Sequence record: DRR723986_638
Direction: 5' to 3' (one strand)
DNA: 57,169 bases
Below are positions 18,815 through 28,722 of this stretch, one piece after another (positions within the stretch are counted from its first letter, which is position 1; each line of letters begins with the position of its first letter). A program made the position numbers and the translations under genes. Below the pieces are notes generated by a model, which made no database searches, was not told the DNA's origin, and saw nothing but the letters and a program-made list of their open reading frames with translations.

Positions 18815-19219
18815 ATGGCGATTAATTTTGATAAGGCACTCGGTATACACCAGCAGGCACTGCTGCTTCGCCAGCAGCGTACCGAACTGCTGGCCGCCAA
18901 TATAGCCAATGCTGACACGCCCGGCTACAAGGCACGCGATATCGACTTTAAACAAGCACTGGGCCAGGCAGCGCAGGGCCAGCAGTTATCGCTCAGTCGC
19001 AGCAATGCAGCGCATATTACCGAAGCGGTTGCTCCAGCGGCGGGGCAGGCGCCGGTGATGTACCGCGTGCCTCAGCAGCCTTCAGTGGACGGCAATACGG
19101 TGGAGAGCCATGTGGAGCAAGCGGCATTTGCCGATAACAGCATGCGCTATCAGGCCACTATGAGTTTTCTGAGTAGTAAGTTCTCTGGAATTAAATCGAT
19201 TCTTCAGGGAGGTCAATAA
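18815..19219 (+). CDS. flgB: Basal-body rod protein
   Basis: ANIANADTPGYKARDIDF and DGNTV motifs. Confidence 0.96.
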   Translation: MAINFDKALGIHQQALLLRQQRTELLAANIANADTPGYKARDIDFKQALGQAAQGQQLSLSRSNAAHITEAVAPAAGQAPVMYRVPQQPSVDGNTVESHVEQAAFADNSMRYQATMSFLSSKFSGIKSILQGGQ

Positions 19220-19222
19220 GCG

Positions 19223-19624
19223 ATGGCGAATCCCCTTGATATTGCCGCTGCGGCGATGAACGCGCAAATGCTGCGTTTGAATACCACCGCCAGCAATATG
19301 GCAAATGCGGATACGGTGGCCAGCAGTGAACAGGCTGCCTACCGCGCCAAACAACCGGTTTTTGCCACCGTGCTGGACCGCCAGCAGGGCGTCGCCGGTG
19401 TCGAGGTTGTGGGTATTAGCGAGAGCAATGCTCCCGTTCCCAAGCGTTATGAGCCGGGCCACCCGATGGCAGACGAGCAGGGCTACGTTTACGGCTCCAA
19501 TGTGAACACCGTTGATGAAATGGCCAATATGCTGTCCGCCTCCCGTTCATACCAGAACAACGCCGAGGTGTTTTCCACGGTGAAGACCCTGACCCTGCGG
19601 GCCTTGCAGCTCGGTAAACAGTAG
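19223..19624 (+). CDS. flgC: Basal-body rod protein
   Basis: ASNMANAD, YEPGHPMAD.QGYV..NVN and ASRSYQ motifs. Confidence 0.96.
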   Translation: MANPLDIAAAAMNAQMLRLNTTASNMANADTVASSEQAAYRAKQPVFATVLDRQQGVAGVEVVGISESNAPVPKRYEPGHPMADEQGYVYGSNVNTVDEMANMLSASRSYQNNAEVFSTVKTLTLRALQLGKQ

Positions 19625-19631
19625 GAACTGA

Positions 19632-20300
19632 ATGATGGAATTGCGAACGCTTGAACAATTGCAGCAGCAGAGTGCGGCGAGTACGGCAAAAAAAGAGGCC
19701 TCCTCGCTCGGGCAAGACGACTTCATGAAACTGATGCTGCAGCAGCTTAAGAATCAAGACCCGTTTAAACCCACCGACAACACGGAATTTATCAGCCAGA
19801 TGGCGCAGCTAACGTCGGTGAGCGGCATCAGCGAAATGAATGACAACCTGGCTGCACTGACGAGTTCGCTGTACGGCGGTCAATTGCTGGATGCGTCCTC
19901 GCTGATCGGCAAAGAGGTGCTGGTCGGCAGTGATGTTGTCGCCCTGCCATCAGAGGGCGCGGTAAGCGGTCAGGTAACACTGCCGGTGAGCACGCAAGCG
20001 GTCGATGTCGAGATTTTGGCGCCCTCGGGTGAGGTGCTGGGCAAGGTGGCGTTAGGACCGCAGGCGGCGGGACCGGTGTCCTTTCGTTGGGATGGTAGCG
20101 GCCTGGACGGCGAGCGTTTGCCCGCAGGCAATTATTTAATTCGCGCGCAATACCTGAACGGCAACAGTGTAGAGGCCTTGCAAACGGATATTCGCAGCCC
20201 CGTACGCAGCGTGAGTTTGCCCAGTGGCGGCGGTAGCCCCACGGTGCAAATTGATGGTGTCGGTACGGTCTCGATGTCGCAAATAAAGGAAATTAGCTAG
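19632..20300 (+). CDS. flgD: Hook capping protein
   Basis: DFMKLMLQQLKNQDPFKP.DNTEFISQMAQ. Confidence 0.95.
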   Translation: MMELRTLEQLQQQSAASTAKKEASSLGQDDFMKLMLQQLKNQDPFKPTDNTEFISQMAQLTSVSGISEMNDNLAALTSSLYGGQLLDASSLIGKEVLVGSDVVALPSEGAVSGQVTLPVSTQAVDVEILAPSGEVLGKVALGPQAAGPVSFRWDGSGLDGERLPAGNYLIRAQYLNGNSVEALQTDIRSPVRSVSLPSGGGSPTVQIDGVGTVSMSQIKEIS

Positions 20301-20355
20301 GCGCTTCGGCGCATTCATTGATCAATTCGCGAGTGATCGCAGCAGGAGTATAACT

Positions 20356-21573
20356 ATGAGCTTTCGTATTGCATTGAGTGGACTGAACGCAGCGTCATCG
20401 CACCTGGACGTCACCGCTCACAACATTGCCAACGTTAACACCACCGGCTTTAAGAGTTCCCGCACATCCTTTGCCGATGTGTATGCAACATCCAATAACG
20501 ATGTAACCAAAACCACGCCCGGCGCAGGTGTTCGATTGAATACCATTGTTCAGCAGTTTTCGCAGGGCAACATCGACTTCACTGACAACAACCTGGACCT
20601 GGCCATCAGTGGCGAAGGCTTCTTCACCATGAAGGGCTCAAGTGGCGTTACCTATACGCGCGCTGGTGCCTTCAGTGTCGACCGCGAAGGCTTTGTGGTG
20701 AACAACAATAACGACCGTTTGCAGGTGTATCCGGCAACCACCAATGGCGACTTTGCCACCGGTTCGCTGTCTGATTTGCAACTGCAGGTCACCGAGAACG
20801 CGCCGCGAGCATCGACACGCGCTGATATCGGCGTGAACCTGCCCGGCGATGCGCCAGTGCCCACCTCGACGCCTTTCGATCCGACGGTAGCGTCGAGCTA
20901 CAACCACGCCACGTCGATGACCGTCTACGACTCGTTGGGTACCCTGCACACGGCAACGCTGTACTTTGTGAAAGACCCCGCGGCAAACACCTGGCAGCAA
21001 AATGTCTATATCGACGACAACCCGGTGAGCCTGGGCAATACGCTGTCATTTGATAATACCGGTACCTTGCAAAGCCCCGCTTCGGGCATTGTGACTGTGC
21101 CTTCCTACGACCCCAACAACGGCGCGGCAGCGATCGACCTCTCGCTGGATTTCACCTCATCAACGCAGTACGGCAATGAGTTTGGTGTGAACAGCTTGCA
21201 GCAGGACGGCTTCACCACAGGGCGATTGACCGGTATCGAAGTGGCGAGCAACGGCGTCGTGTCTGCGCGCTTTACCAACGGCCAGTCATCCCAGTTGGGT
21301 AAGGTCGCATTGGCGGGTTTCTCTAATCCCAATGGTTTGCAACAACAGGGCGACACGGCCTGGGCGGAAACCTTCTCTTCCGGTAGTCCGCGTGTGGGTG
21401 AGCCGGGTAGCTCTAACTTTGGTCTGCTGCAGGCGGGTGCATTGGAGAGCTCCAATGTCGATCTTACTGAGCAATTGGTGGAAATGATCACCGCGCAGCG
21501 TAACTTCCAGGCGAACACCCAGATGATCCAGACATCTGACGCCGTTACTCAGGCGATTATTAATATCCGCTAA
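20356..21573 (+). CDS. flgE: Hook protein
   Basis: ALSGL...HNIANVNTTGFK; LESSNVDL..QLVEMITAQRNFQAN. Confidence 0.96.
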   Translation: MSFRIALSGLNAASSHLDVTAHNIANVNTTGFKSSRTSFADVYATSNNDVTKTTPGAGVRLNTIVQQFSQGNIDFTDNNLDLAISGEGFFTMKGSSGVTYTRAGAFSVDREGFVVNNNNDRLQVYPATTNGDFATGSLSDLQLQVTENAPRASTRADIGVNLPGDAPVPTSTPFDPTVASSYNHATSMTVYDSLGTLHTATLYFVKDPAANTWQQNVYIDDNPVSLGNTLSFDNTGTLQSPASGIVTVPSYDPNNGAAAIDLSLDFTSSTQYGNEFGVNSLQQDGFTTGRLTGIEVASNGVVSARFTNGQSSQLGKVALAGFSNPNGLQQQGDTAWAETFSSGSPRVGEPGSSNFGLLQAGALESSNVDLTEQLVEMITAQRNFQANTQMIQTSDAVTQAIINIR

Positions 21574-21603
21574 GGCGGGTATTCATCGCTTTAGGAGGCA
21601 GGT

Positions 21604-22344
21604 ATGGACCGGCTACTTTATCTCGGCATGACCGCGGCCAAGCACACGGAAATGGCGCAGGCCAGCAATGCCAATAACCTGGCAAATGCTAGCACTGCGG
21701 GCTTTCGGGCGGACTTCCATGCGCTGATGTCAAAGCCGGTTGAGGGCGCGGGCCATCAAACACGCGTCAATTCGGTGGTGGAGTCGCGCCTGAGCGACTT
21801 CAGTGAAGGCACCCTGATGACCACCGGTCGCGATCTGGATGTCGCGATTCGAGGGCAGGGCTGGTTTGTCGTGCAGGACGCCCAGGGTGAGGAGGCACTG
21901 AGCCGCCGTGGCGATCTTCACCTGACGGCCGATGGCATGCTGATCAATGGCGCCGGACAGCCCGTGATGGGCGATGGCGGACCGCTGGCGGTGCCTGAAC
22001 ACGACAGTTTGACGATTGGCAGCGACGGCACGGTGTCGATAGTGCCACTGGGTCTTGGGCCTGAGTCGTTAGTAACCGTCGACCGCATTCGCCTGGTGAG
22101 CGCCGAACCTGAGCAGTTGCGCAAAGGCGAGGACGGTTTGATTCGAACGCTCGATGGCACCACGCCAGCCGCCGATGCCAGTGTTCGCGTTTCGCCGGGT
22201 ACCTTGGAAGGTTCGAACGTGAATACCGTTGAGGCAATGGTCAATATGATCGAACTGGCCCGGCGTTTTGAAATGCAGGTGAAGGTGATGAATACCGCAA
22301 ATACGGTATCCGAAGCCGGTGCGCGCCTGATGAGAATGGAATAA
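21604..22344 (+). CDS. flgF: Basal-body rod protein
   Basis: MDRLLYLGM, ANNLANASTAGFR and TGRDLDVAI motifs. Confidence 0.95.
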   Translation: MDRLLYLGMTAAKHTEMAQASNANNLANASTAGFRADFHALMSKPVEGAGHQTRVNSVVESRLSDFSEGTLMTTGRDLDVAIRGQGWFVVQDAQGEEALSRRGDLHLTADGMLINGAGQPVMGDGGPLAVPEHDSLTIGSDGTVSIVPLGLGPESLVTVDRIRLVSAEPEQLRKGEDGLIRTLDGTTPAADASVRVSPGTLEGSNVNTVEAMVNMIELARRFEMQVKVMNTANTVSEAGARLMRME

Positions 22345-22356
22345 GAGGATAGGTAT

Positions 22357-23142
22357 ATGAATTCATCATTGTGGGTAGCCAAAACCGGTCTCGATGCGCA
22401 GAACACGCGCATGCAGGTGGTCAGTAACAACCTGGCGAACGCCAATACCACTGGGTTCAAGCGCGACCGCGCGTCTTTTGAAGATCTGCTCTATCAAAAC
22501 TACCGTCAGGTGGGCGGGCAATCTTCCCAGCAAACTCGTCTGCCCAGCGGTATGCAGGTAGGTACCGGGGTTCGAGTGGTGTCGACTGAGAAAATCTTTA
22601 ACCAAGGCACGATGACGCAAACCAATAACAACCTGGATTTAGCGGTCAATGGCAACGGCTTTTTCCAGGTGCGGATGCCAGACGGCAGCCTGTCTTACAC
22701 CCGTGACGGTTCATTCCAATTGGACGACCAGGGGCAGATCGTTACCAACAGCGGCTACATCGTCGAGCCGGGTATTACGGTGCCTGCCAATACTCGCAGC
22801 ATTACCGTCGGCACCGATGGGGTTGTCAGCGCGATGATCGCCGGTGACTCCGCGCCGGTGCAATTGGGCAGCATACAGTTGGCAGACTTTATCAATCCGG
22901 CTGGCTTAGAAGCGCGCGGTGAAAACCTGTATCTGGAGTCGGCCTCCAGCGGCGCGCCGCAAACTGGCACGCCCGGCCTGAGCGGTTTGGGCACGCTGGC
23001 GCAAGGGGCACTGGAAGGCTCCAATGTGAACGTGGTGGAAGAGCTGGTGAATATGATCGAGACCCAGCGCGCTTACGAGATGAACTCCAAAGCGATTTCC
23101 ACCAGCGACCAAATGATGCAGTACGTGAATAACAACCTGTAA
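22357..23142 (+). CDS. flgG: Distal rod protein
   Basis: [12 protein letters not shown]...[26 protein letters not shown]. Confidence 0.97.
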   Translation: MNSSLWVAKTGLDAQNTRMQVVSNNLANANTTGFKRDRASFEDLLYQNYRQVGGQSSQQTRLPSGMQVGTGVRVVSTEKIFNQGTMTQTNNNLDLAVNGNGFFQVRMPDGSLSYTRDGSFQLDDQGQIVTNSGYIVEPGITVPANTRSITVGTDGVVSAMIAGDSAPVQLGSIQLADFINPAGLEARGENLYLESASSGAPQTGTPGLSGLGTLAQGALEGSNVNVVEELVNMIETQRAYEMNSKAISTSDQMMQYVNNNL

Positions 23143-23154
23143 GTGGGTAATGCC

Positions 23155-23838
23155 ATGAAGCTATCACGCTACTTCCGCCTTTTTCTGCTCGCTACTGTGG
23201 CTTTACTCACGGCCTGCGCCCAAGCACCAGAGCGCGACGAACAGGTGTGGGAGTCACAGTTGCCGGAGCAGCAATACAGCAATAGCGAAAATCCCGGTTC
23301 GATCTATCAGGCGGGCTATGGCATGAGCCTGTTTTTGGATCGCCGCGCCCGGCAGGTAGGCGATGTCATCACCGTTATTTTGTCCGAGAAGACAGACGCC
23401 AGTAAGCAGTCCAACACGGCGACGGCTAAAGAGAGCAATATCTCGGTACCTACTGTGACGCTACTCGGCAGAGGGGTGACCCATAACGGCACGCCAGTGC
23501 TGTCGACGGGTGTGTCCAGCGACCAGGATTTTGCCGGGCAGGGCAGCAGCAGCCAGAGCAACAGTCTGACCGGTAGCATCACCGTTACCGTGTCACAGGT
23601 GTTGCGCAATGGCAGTCTGCGAGTGCGCGGTGAGAAGTGGGTAACCATCAACCAGGGCGACGAGTTTATCCGCATTCAGGGCATTATTCGCCCGGAAGAC
23701 ATCGCCGCCGACAATTCGGTGCCCTCGTTCAAAGTTGCCGACGCACGCATTACCTACAGCGGCAAAGGGGCGCTGGCCGATGCCAATTCCATGGGCTGGC
23801 TGGGGCGTCTGTTCCAGTCAGTGCTGTCACCATTTTGA
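23155..23838 (+). CDS. flgH: L-ring lipoprotein
   Basis: LTAC lipobox; [26 protein letters not shown]. Confidence 0.95.
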   Translation: MKLSRYFRLFLLATVALLTACAQAPERDEQVWESQLPEQQYSNSENPGSIYQAGYGMSLFLDRRARQVGDVITVILSEKTDASKQSNTATAKESNISVPTVTLLGRGVTHNGTPVLSTGVSSDQDFAGQGSSSQSNSLTGSITVTVSQVLRNGSLRVRGEKWVTINQGDEFIRIQGIIRPEDIAADNSVPSFKVADARITYSGKGALADANSMGWLGRLFQSVLSPF

Positions 23839-23849
23839 GGGTGAGAACG

Positions 23850-24968
23850 ATGAACAACCACCGCCCATCTCTATTTCCACGCCTGCTGGCAGTGGTACTT
23901 TTTATGCTGGCCATACCCGCCTCAGCCGACCGTGTGAAAGACCTGGTCAATGTGGCCGGTGTGCGTGAAAACCAACTCGTCGGCTACGGCTTGGTGGTGG
24001 GATTAAGCGGCACCGGAGACCAGACCAGTCAGGCGCCGTTTACCATACAAAGCATTCGCAATATGTTGACCGGCTTTGGCGTTCGCGTTCCCGACAATGT
24101 GAACCCGCAGCTGAAAAATGTCGCGGCGGTAACCATTCACGCTAATCTTCCTGCCTTTGCCAAGCCGGGGCAGACCATCGATGTGACGGTGTCATCGATC
24201 GGCAACGCCGCCAGCCTGCGCGGGGGCAGTTTGCTGATGGCGCCGATGATGGGCGCCGACGGCCAGGTGTATGCCGTCGCCCAGGGCAGCTTATTGGTCA
24301 GTGGGCTAGGGGTTGAGGGCAATGACGGCTCCCGCGTGACGGTGAATATCCCCAGCGCTGGCCGCATCCCTAACGGGGCGATTGTCGAGCGACCTGCGCC
24401 CAGCCAAATGGCCAGCAATGGTGAGGTCATGCTGAATTTAAAAACGCCGGACTTCACCACTGCGCGTCGCCTGTCGGAAAAAATTAATGAGTTTTTTGGC
24501 GCCGGTACAGCCAGTGCAATGGACTCGGCGACGGTCAAAGTACTCGGCCCCTCCAGTGCTGACCGCCGCGTAACATTTATCTCCATGCTTGAAGAGCTTG
24601 AGGTCGATCCCGCCGAAGCCCGTGCCCGCGTGGTGGTTAATTCCCGCACCGGTACCATCGTGATTGGTGGCAATGTACGGGTGATGCCTACGGCAGTGAC
24701 CCATGGCTCACTCACCGTGTCGGTGACCGAGCGGGTCGATATCAGTCAGCCCAATGCCTTTGCCGATGGCCAAACCGTTGCGGCCGGGCGCTCCAGTATT
24801 GATGTTGCAGAAAGCGGGTCGCGAATGTTTTTACTCGATGCCGGCGTCACTCTGGAAGAAATTGTTAAGGCGATCAATCAGGTCGGCGCGGCTCCCGGCG
24901 ACTTGGTGGCGATTCTCGAAGCACTGAATCAGGCTGGCGCGCTGCGCGCCGAGTTGCTGGTGATTTAA
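23850..24968 (+). CDS. flgI: P-ring protein
   Basis: RVKDL...[20 protein letters not shown]; ends [12 protein letters not shown]. Confidence 0.96.
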   Translation: MNNHRPSLFPRLLAVVLFMLAIPASADRVKDLVNVAGVRENQLVGYGLVVGLSGTGDQTSQAPFTIQSIRNMLTGFGVRVPDNVNPQLKNVAAVTIHANLPAFAKPGQTIDVTVSSIGNAASLRGGSLLMAPMMGADGQVYAVAQGSLLVSGLGVEGNDGSRVTVNIPSAGRIPNGAIVERPAPSQMASNGEVMLNLKTPDFTTARRLSEKINEFFGAGTASAMDSATVKVLGPSSADRRVTFISMLEELEVDPAEARARVVVNSRTGTIVIGGNVRVMPTAVTHGSLTVSVTERVDISQPNAFADGQTVAAGRSSIDVAESGSRMFLLDAGVTLEEIVKAINQVGAAPGDLVAILEALNQAGALRAELLVI

Positions 24969-25385
24969 ATGGATATTTCAAAGGCGGGTAATTACCACGA
25001 CTTCTCGGGCCTGGCTGCGCTGCGCAGTGAGGCGCAAGCCGACAGTGAACAGGCAATTGCGCCGGTGGCTCGCCAGTTTGAAGCGCTGTTTTTGCAAATG
25101 ATGCTAAAAAGCATGCGCGACGCCGTACCCGAGGGTGGGCTCTTCGATAGTAATGGCGGTGAGCTGTACCAGGAAATGCACGACAAACAGCTTTCCGTCA
25201 CGCTCTCAGAGCAGGGCGGCATTGGTTTAGCCGACGCCATTGCACAGCAGCTCAGTGGCCATGGTGTCGCCCCTGGCGCCGCGTTAACGGAGCAGGGCGC
25301 GCAACTTCGTCAGCAGCTGTTAACGAAAGCCGCTCAAGTGTCGCCGCTAACGGCCGATAACTTGGCAGCGAAACGAGGAATTTAA
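24969..25385 (+). CDS. flgJ: Rod cap protein, rod-binding domain only
   Basis: ARQFEALFLQMMLKSMRDA...LYQEMHDKQL...GIGLAD; 138 aa with no muramidase domain. Confidence 0.88.
   Translation: MDISKAGNYHDFSGLAALRSEAQADSEQAIAPVARQFEALFLQMMLKSMRDAVPEGGLFDSNGGELYQEMHDKQLSVTLSEQGGIGLADAIAQQLSGHGVAPGAALTEQGAQLRQQLLTKAAQVSPLTADNLAAKRGI
25334..25360 (+). promoter_or_regulatory. Internal sigma28 promoter for flgKL
   Basis: TCAA-N15-GCCGATAA inside the 3' end of flgJ. Confidence 0.7.
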
Positions 25386-25386
25386 C

Positions 25387-27273
25387 ATGGCAGATATGTT
25401 GGGTAATGCGCTATCTGCTCTGGTGTCATATCAGCGGGCGCTGGCGACCACTAGCCACAATATCGCCAACGCCGACACAGAGGGCTATAGCCGCCAGCGG
25501 GTCGACTTTGCGACGCGAATCCCCCAGCAAATGGGCGACCTGTCCATTGGCTCTGGGGTGAAGTTGAGCGATGTGCGCCGCGTGTACGATGAGTTCGCCA
25601 ACTTGCAAATGCGCAATGCCAGCGGTTCATTTAGCCAGCTCGATAACTTCTACCAATTGGCAACGCAACTGGACAACAGTCTGTCCGACCCGGAGCTGGG
25701 GATCAGCGCCGCGCTATCGCGCTTTTATGACAGCGTGCAGAATCTCGCTGACGACCCCGCCTCAATTCCCTCGCGGCAATTATTGTTGTCTGAAGCTGAG
25801 AGCCTCGGTGGTCGATTCGCTGAATTCTCGGCGCAACTGGAGGGGTTGAGCAAGGAGGTCAATGCGCGCATTCAGAGCGATGTGAACGATATTAATGACC
25901 TCGCTCAGGAGTTGGCCGATATCAACGGTTTGGTTGTCGAAGCGCAAGGAAAGTTTGGCGCCGCGCCCAATGACCTGCTCGACCAGCGCGATTTGGCCTT
26001 GCAGCGCCTGAATGATCTCGTTTCCATCAAGACAGTGGAGCAGGATGACGGCGCCACCAATGTGTTCATTGGCAACGGCCAATCGCTGGTGCTCGGCGAA
26101 GAGTCCCGGTCAATGACCACCACTCGCAGCCCTTTTGGTTCAGATCGGCTGGAGCTGGCGATGGCGTCGAGCCCACAGTCGCCGATCAGTGAGGTGCTTT
26201 CAGGCGGCAGTCTCGGCGCGTCGCTGAGCTTTCGGGACGGCCTACTCGATACAACGAAAAATGAACTGGGGCGCATTGCAACGGCGCTAACAACCTCACT
26301 CAATCAGCAAAATGGTCAGGGGCTGGATCTTGATGGCAACCTGGGCGCGGATATCTTTAATACGTTGAGTCCGTCGGCAATCGCGGCCACCGGTAATGCG
26401 AGTGGCGCCCAGCTCTCGGCAACGATTGAAGACATCTCAGCCTTAGACGGCCGAAATCTGCTGGTGCAATTTGACGGGGCTGCCTGGTCGTTTCGCAACG
26501 CGGCCAATGGCCAACAAATTTCAGCCTGGAGTGGCAGCGGCACGGCGGCCGATCCCTTTCTGATTGATGGCGTGTCGCTGACCTTGGACGCCCCAGCGGC
26601 GGCTGGGGATCGCTTTTTGGTGACGCCGACCGCCGATGCCGCCGCGCAGGTATCGGTGATAATGAGTAACCCGGCGCAGCTAGCGGCTGCGGCGCCAACG
26701 CGCAGCGGCGCTGACGGCGCCAATACCGGCGCAGCGCAAATTACCGAAACGCGTATTGTCGATGCCAGCGATCCAAACTTGTCGGCCAGCGTTGCCATTG
26801 AGTTTTTGGATGCGAATACCTATCAAATTAATGGCAGCGGCAGTTTTAGTTACAGCCCCGGTGCAGAGATTGTCGTTAACGGCAATGCCGTGGCGATTAC
26901 CGGTAGCCCCATTGCCGGTGATCGTTTTTACATTGAGGCCAACAGTGGGGCGAGCGGCGATAACCGAAATATGCTCGCCATGGCCGCTGTGGAAGACAGC
27001 AAGCTGTTAGATGGCGGCGCCAGCAGTGTACAAAACGCGGTGAGCGGCTTGGTTGGTGATATTGCGGTGGCCACGCGCAGCGCGGAGCTGAACCGAGACT
27101 CACAGGAAAACCTGCTTCGTCAGACCCGTGAAAATGTCGAAGCCATCTCCGGCGTCAATCTCGATGAGGAGGCGGCCAATTTGTTGAAATATCAGCAGGC
27201 TTATCAGGCGGCTGCTCAGGCAACGAGTATCGCCAATCAATTATTCCAGAGCTTGATTAGCTCGTTTCGCTAG
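25387..27273 (+). CDS. flgK: Hook-associated protein 1
   Basis: HNIANADTEGYSRQ, NDLLDQRD and SGVNLDEEAANLLKYQQAYQA motifs. Confidence 0.96.
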   Translation: MADMLGNALSALVSYQRALATTSHNIANADTEGYSRQRVDFATRIPQQMGDLSIGSGVKLSDVRRVYDEFANLQMRNASGSFSQLDNFYQLATQLDNSLSDPELGISAALSRFYDSVQNLADDPASIPSRQLLLSEAESLGGRFAEFSAQLEGLSKEVNARIQSDVNDINDLAQELADINGLVVEAQGKFGAAPNDLLDQRDLALQRLNDLVSIKTVEQDDGATNVFIGNGQSLVLGEESRSMTTTRSPFGSDRLELAMASSPQSPISEVLSGGSLGASLSFRDGLLDTTKNELGRIATALTTSLNQQNGQGLDLDGNLGADIFNTLSPSAIAATGNASGAQLSATIEDISALDGRNLLVQFDGAAWSFRNAANGQQISAWSGSGTAADPFLIDGVSLTLDAPAAAGDRFLVTPTADAAAQVSVIMSNPAQLAAAAPTRSGADGANTGAAQITETRIVDASDPNLSASVAIEFLDANTYQINGSGSFSYSPGAEIVVNGNAVAITGSPIAGDRFYIEANSGASGDNRNMLAMAAVEDSKLLDGGASSVQNAVSGLVGDIAVATRSAELNRDSQENLLRQTRENVEAISGVNLDEEAANLLKYQQAYQAAAQATSIANQLFQSLISSFR

Positions 27274-27285
27274 TGGGGGAGTAGG

Positions 27286-28479
27286 GTGAGAATTTCCACA
27301 GCGCAAATTTATGCCGGCGGCTTGAGTGCGATGCTCGAACAGCAGAGCAAGCTGCTTGATACCCAAACCCAGCTCGCGACCGGGGAAAAACGCCTGTCGC
27401 CCGCCGACGACCCAGTGGGCGCCGTACGCAGCCTGGAACTCAGTCGCTCGCTGGACCGCAGCGAGCAGTTTCAGCGCAATGCAGTGATCCTGGACAACCG
27501 GCTGCGCATGGAAGAGTCCACCCTGGCGGAGAGCGTTGAAATTATGCAGCGGGTGCGCACCCTGGCCCTGCAGGCGAATAATGCCAGCCAGGACAATGAA
27601 TCGCGTCAGGCGATCGCGCGGGAACTGGAACAACAAGTCGACAGCCTGTTGGCGCTGGCCAACACCCGCGACAGTGACGGCCGCTATATCTTCTCCGGCT
27701 ATCAGCAGGACACCCAGGCGTTTAGCCGAGATGTAAACGGCTTTCGTTACAATGGCGATGACGGCCAGCGTTTACTCCAGGTTGGGGCGAACCGCCAGCT
27801 CGCAGATACCAGCCCGGGCTCGGAACTATTCACCGGTATTGCCAATGGCAATGGCCGTTTTCAGGCTATTGCCGGGGCTTCGAATACCGGCCAAGCGGTG
27901 ATCGATGCGGGCGCTGTCAGCGATCAGCAGCTGTATAACAGCGATGCCATCGATATTGTTTTTATCGCGCCAGATCAATATGAGTTGCGTGACAGCTCTG
28001 CTGCGGTTATTGCAACGGCCAGCTATCGCAGTGGTGATAGTATCGATGTTGCGGGTATGACGGTGAGTATTCAGGGTGAGCCAGCGGCGGGAGACAGCTT
28101 CTCATTGCGTGCCAGTGAGGCCGAAGATGTGTTCTCAATGGTTGCCAATTTAGCGCAAACGCTTGCCGAGCCGCGCAGCGGCAGCGCAAGTCGCGCTCTG
28201 CAAACCTCGTCGATAAACGGCGCCCTGGCGAACATTGACCAAGCCCTCGACCACCTTATCGCCAAGCAGGCGGACAGCGGTGCCAGAATGCAGGCGCTGG
28301 ACCGGCAGCGCGAGGTGAATGAAAGCGTGAACCTGCAGGTTCAACAAAACCTGAGTGTGATTAATGACCTGGACTACGCCGAGGCGGTATCGCGGTTTGA
28401 GCAACAGCGCCTCGGTTTGCAGGCGGCTCAACAAGCCTTTGCGAAAGTTCAGGGATTGTCATTGTTTAACTACCTTTAA
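27286..28479 (+). CDS. flgL: Hook-associated protein 3
   Basis: MRIST...QLATG...DDPV; GRYIFSG; ends LSLFNYL. Confidence 0.95.
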   Translation: MRISTAQIYAGGLSAMLEQQSKLLDTQTQLATGEKRLSPADDPVGAVRSLELSRSLDRSEQFQRNAVILDNRLRMEESTLAESVEIMQRVRTLALQANNASQDNESRQAIARELEQQVDSLLALANTRDSDGRYIFSGYQQDTQAFSRDVNGFRYNGDDGQRLLQVGANRQLADTSPGSELFTGIANGNGRFQAIAGASNTGQAVIDAGAVSDQQLYNSDAIDIVFIAPDQYELRDSSAAVIATASYRSGDSIDVAGMTVSIQGEPAAGDSFSLRASEAEDVFSMVANLAQTLAEPRSGSASRALQTSSINGALANIDQALDHLIAKQADSGARMQALDRQREVNESVNLQVQQNLSVINDLDYAEAVSRFEQQRLGLQAAQQAFAKVQGLSLFNYL

Positions 28480-28608
28480 GGCCTAGCGCCCCCCAGTATT
28501 TTGGAAAATGCCAATGGCGGTAAAGCCCCGCCGTTGGCTGACTACGTAGCCCTACCTAGCTTCTCCTTCCTTTACTACGTAATTACCCGTAGAGAGCAAA
28601 AAAAACCA

Positions 28609-28635
28609 TAAAGTTCGCCACGCCAGCGCCGTTAT
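28609..28635 (+). promoter_or_regulatory. Sigma28 promoter of flagellin
   Basis: TAAA-N15-GCCGTTAT preceded by an A-tract. Confidence 0.82.
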
Positions 28636-28722
28636 ATAGGCTGAAAGCAACGCGCAGTCACTGCGGCTGGGCAAGATTAAAGACTAGCGTCTTTACCGAA
28701 ATAAAGTGGAAGGAGAGTCATC

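Noticed and set aside
28480-28722. Flagellin glycosylation island between flgL and fliC
   Set aside because: Only 243 bp of non-coding DNA; no glycosyltransferase genes in the cluster.
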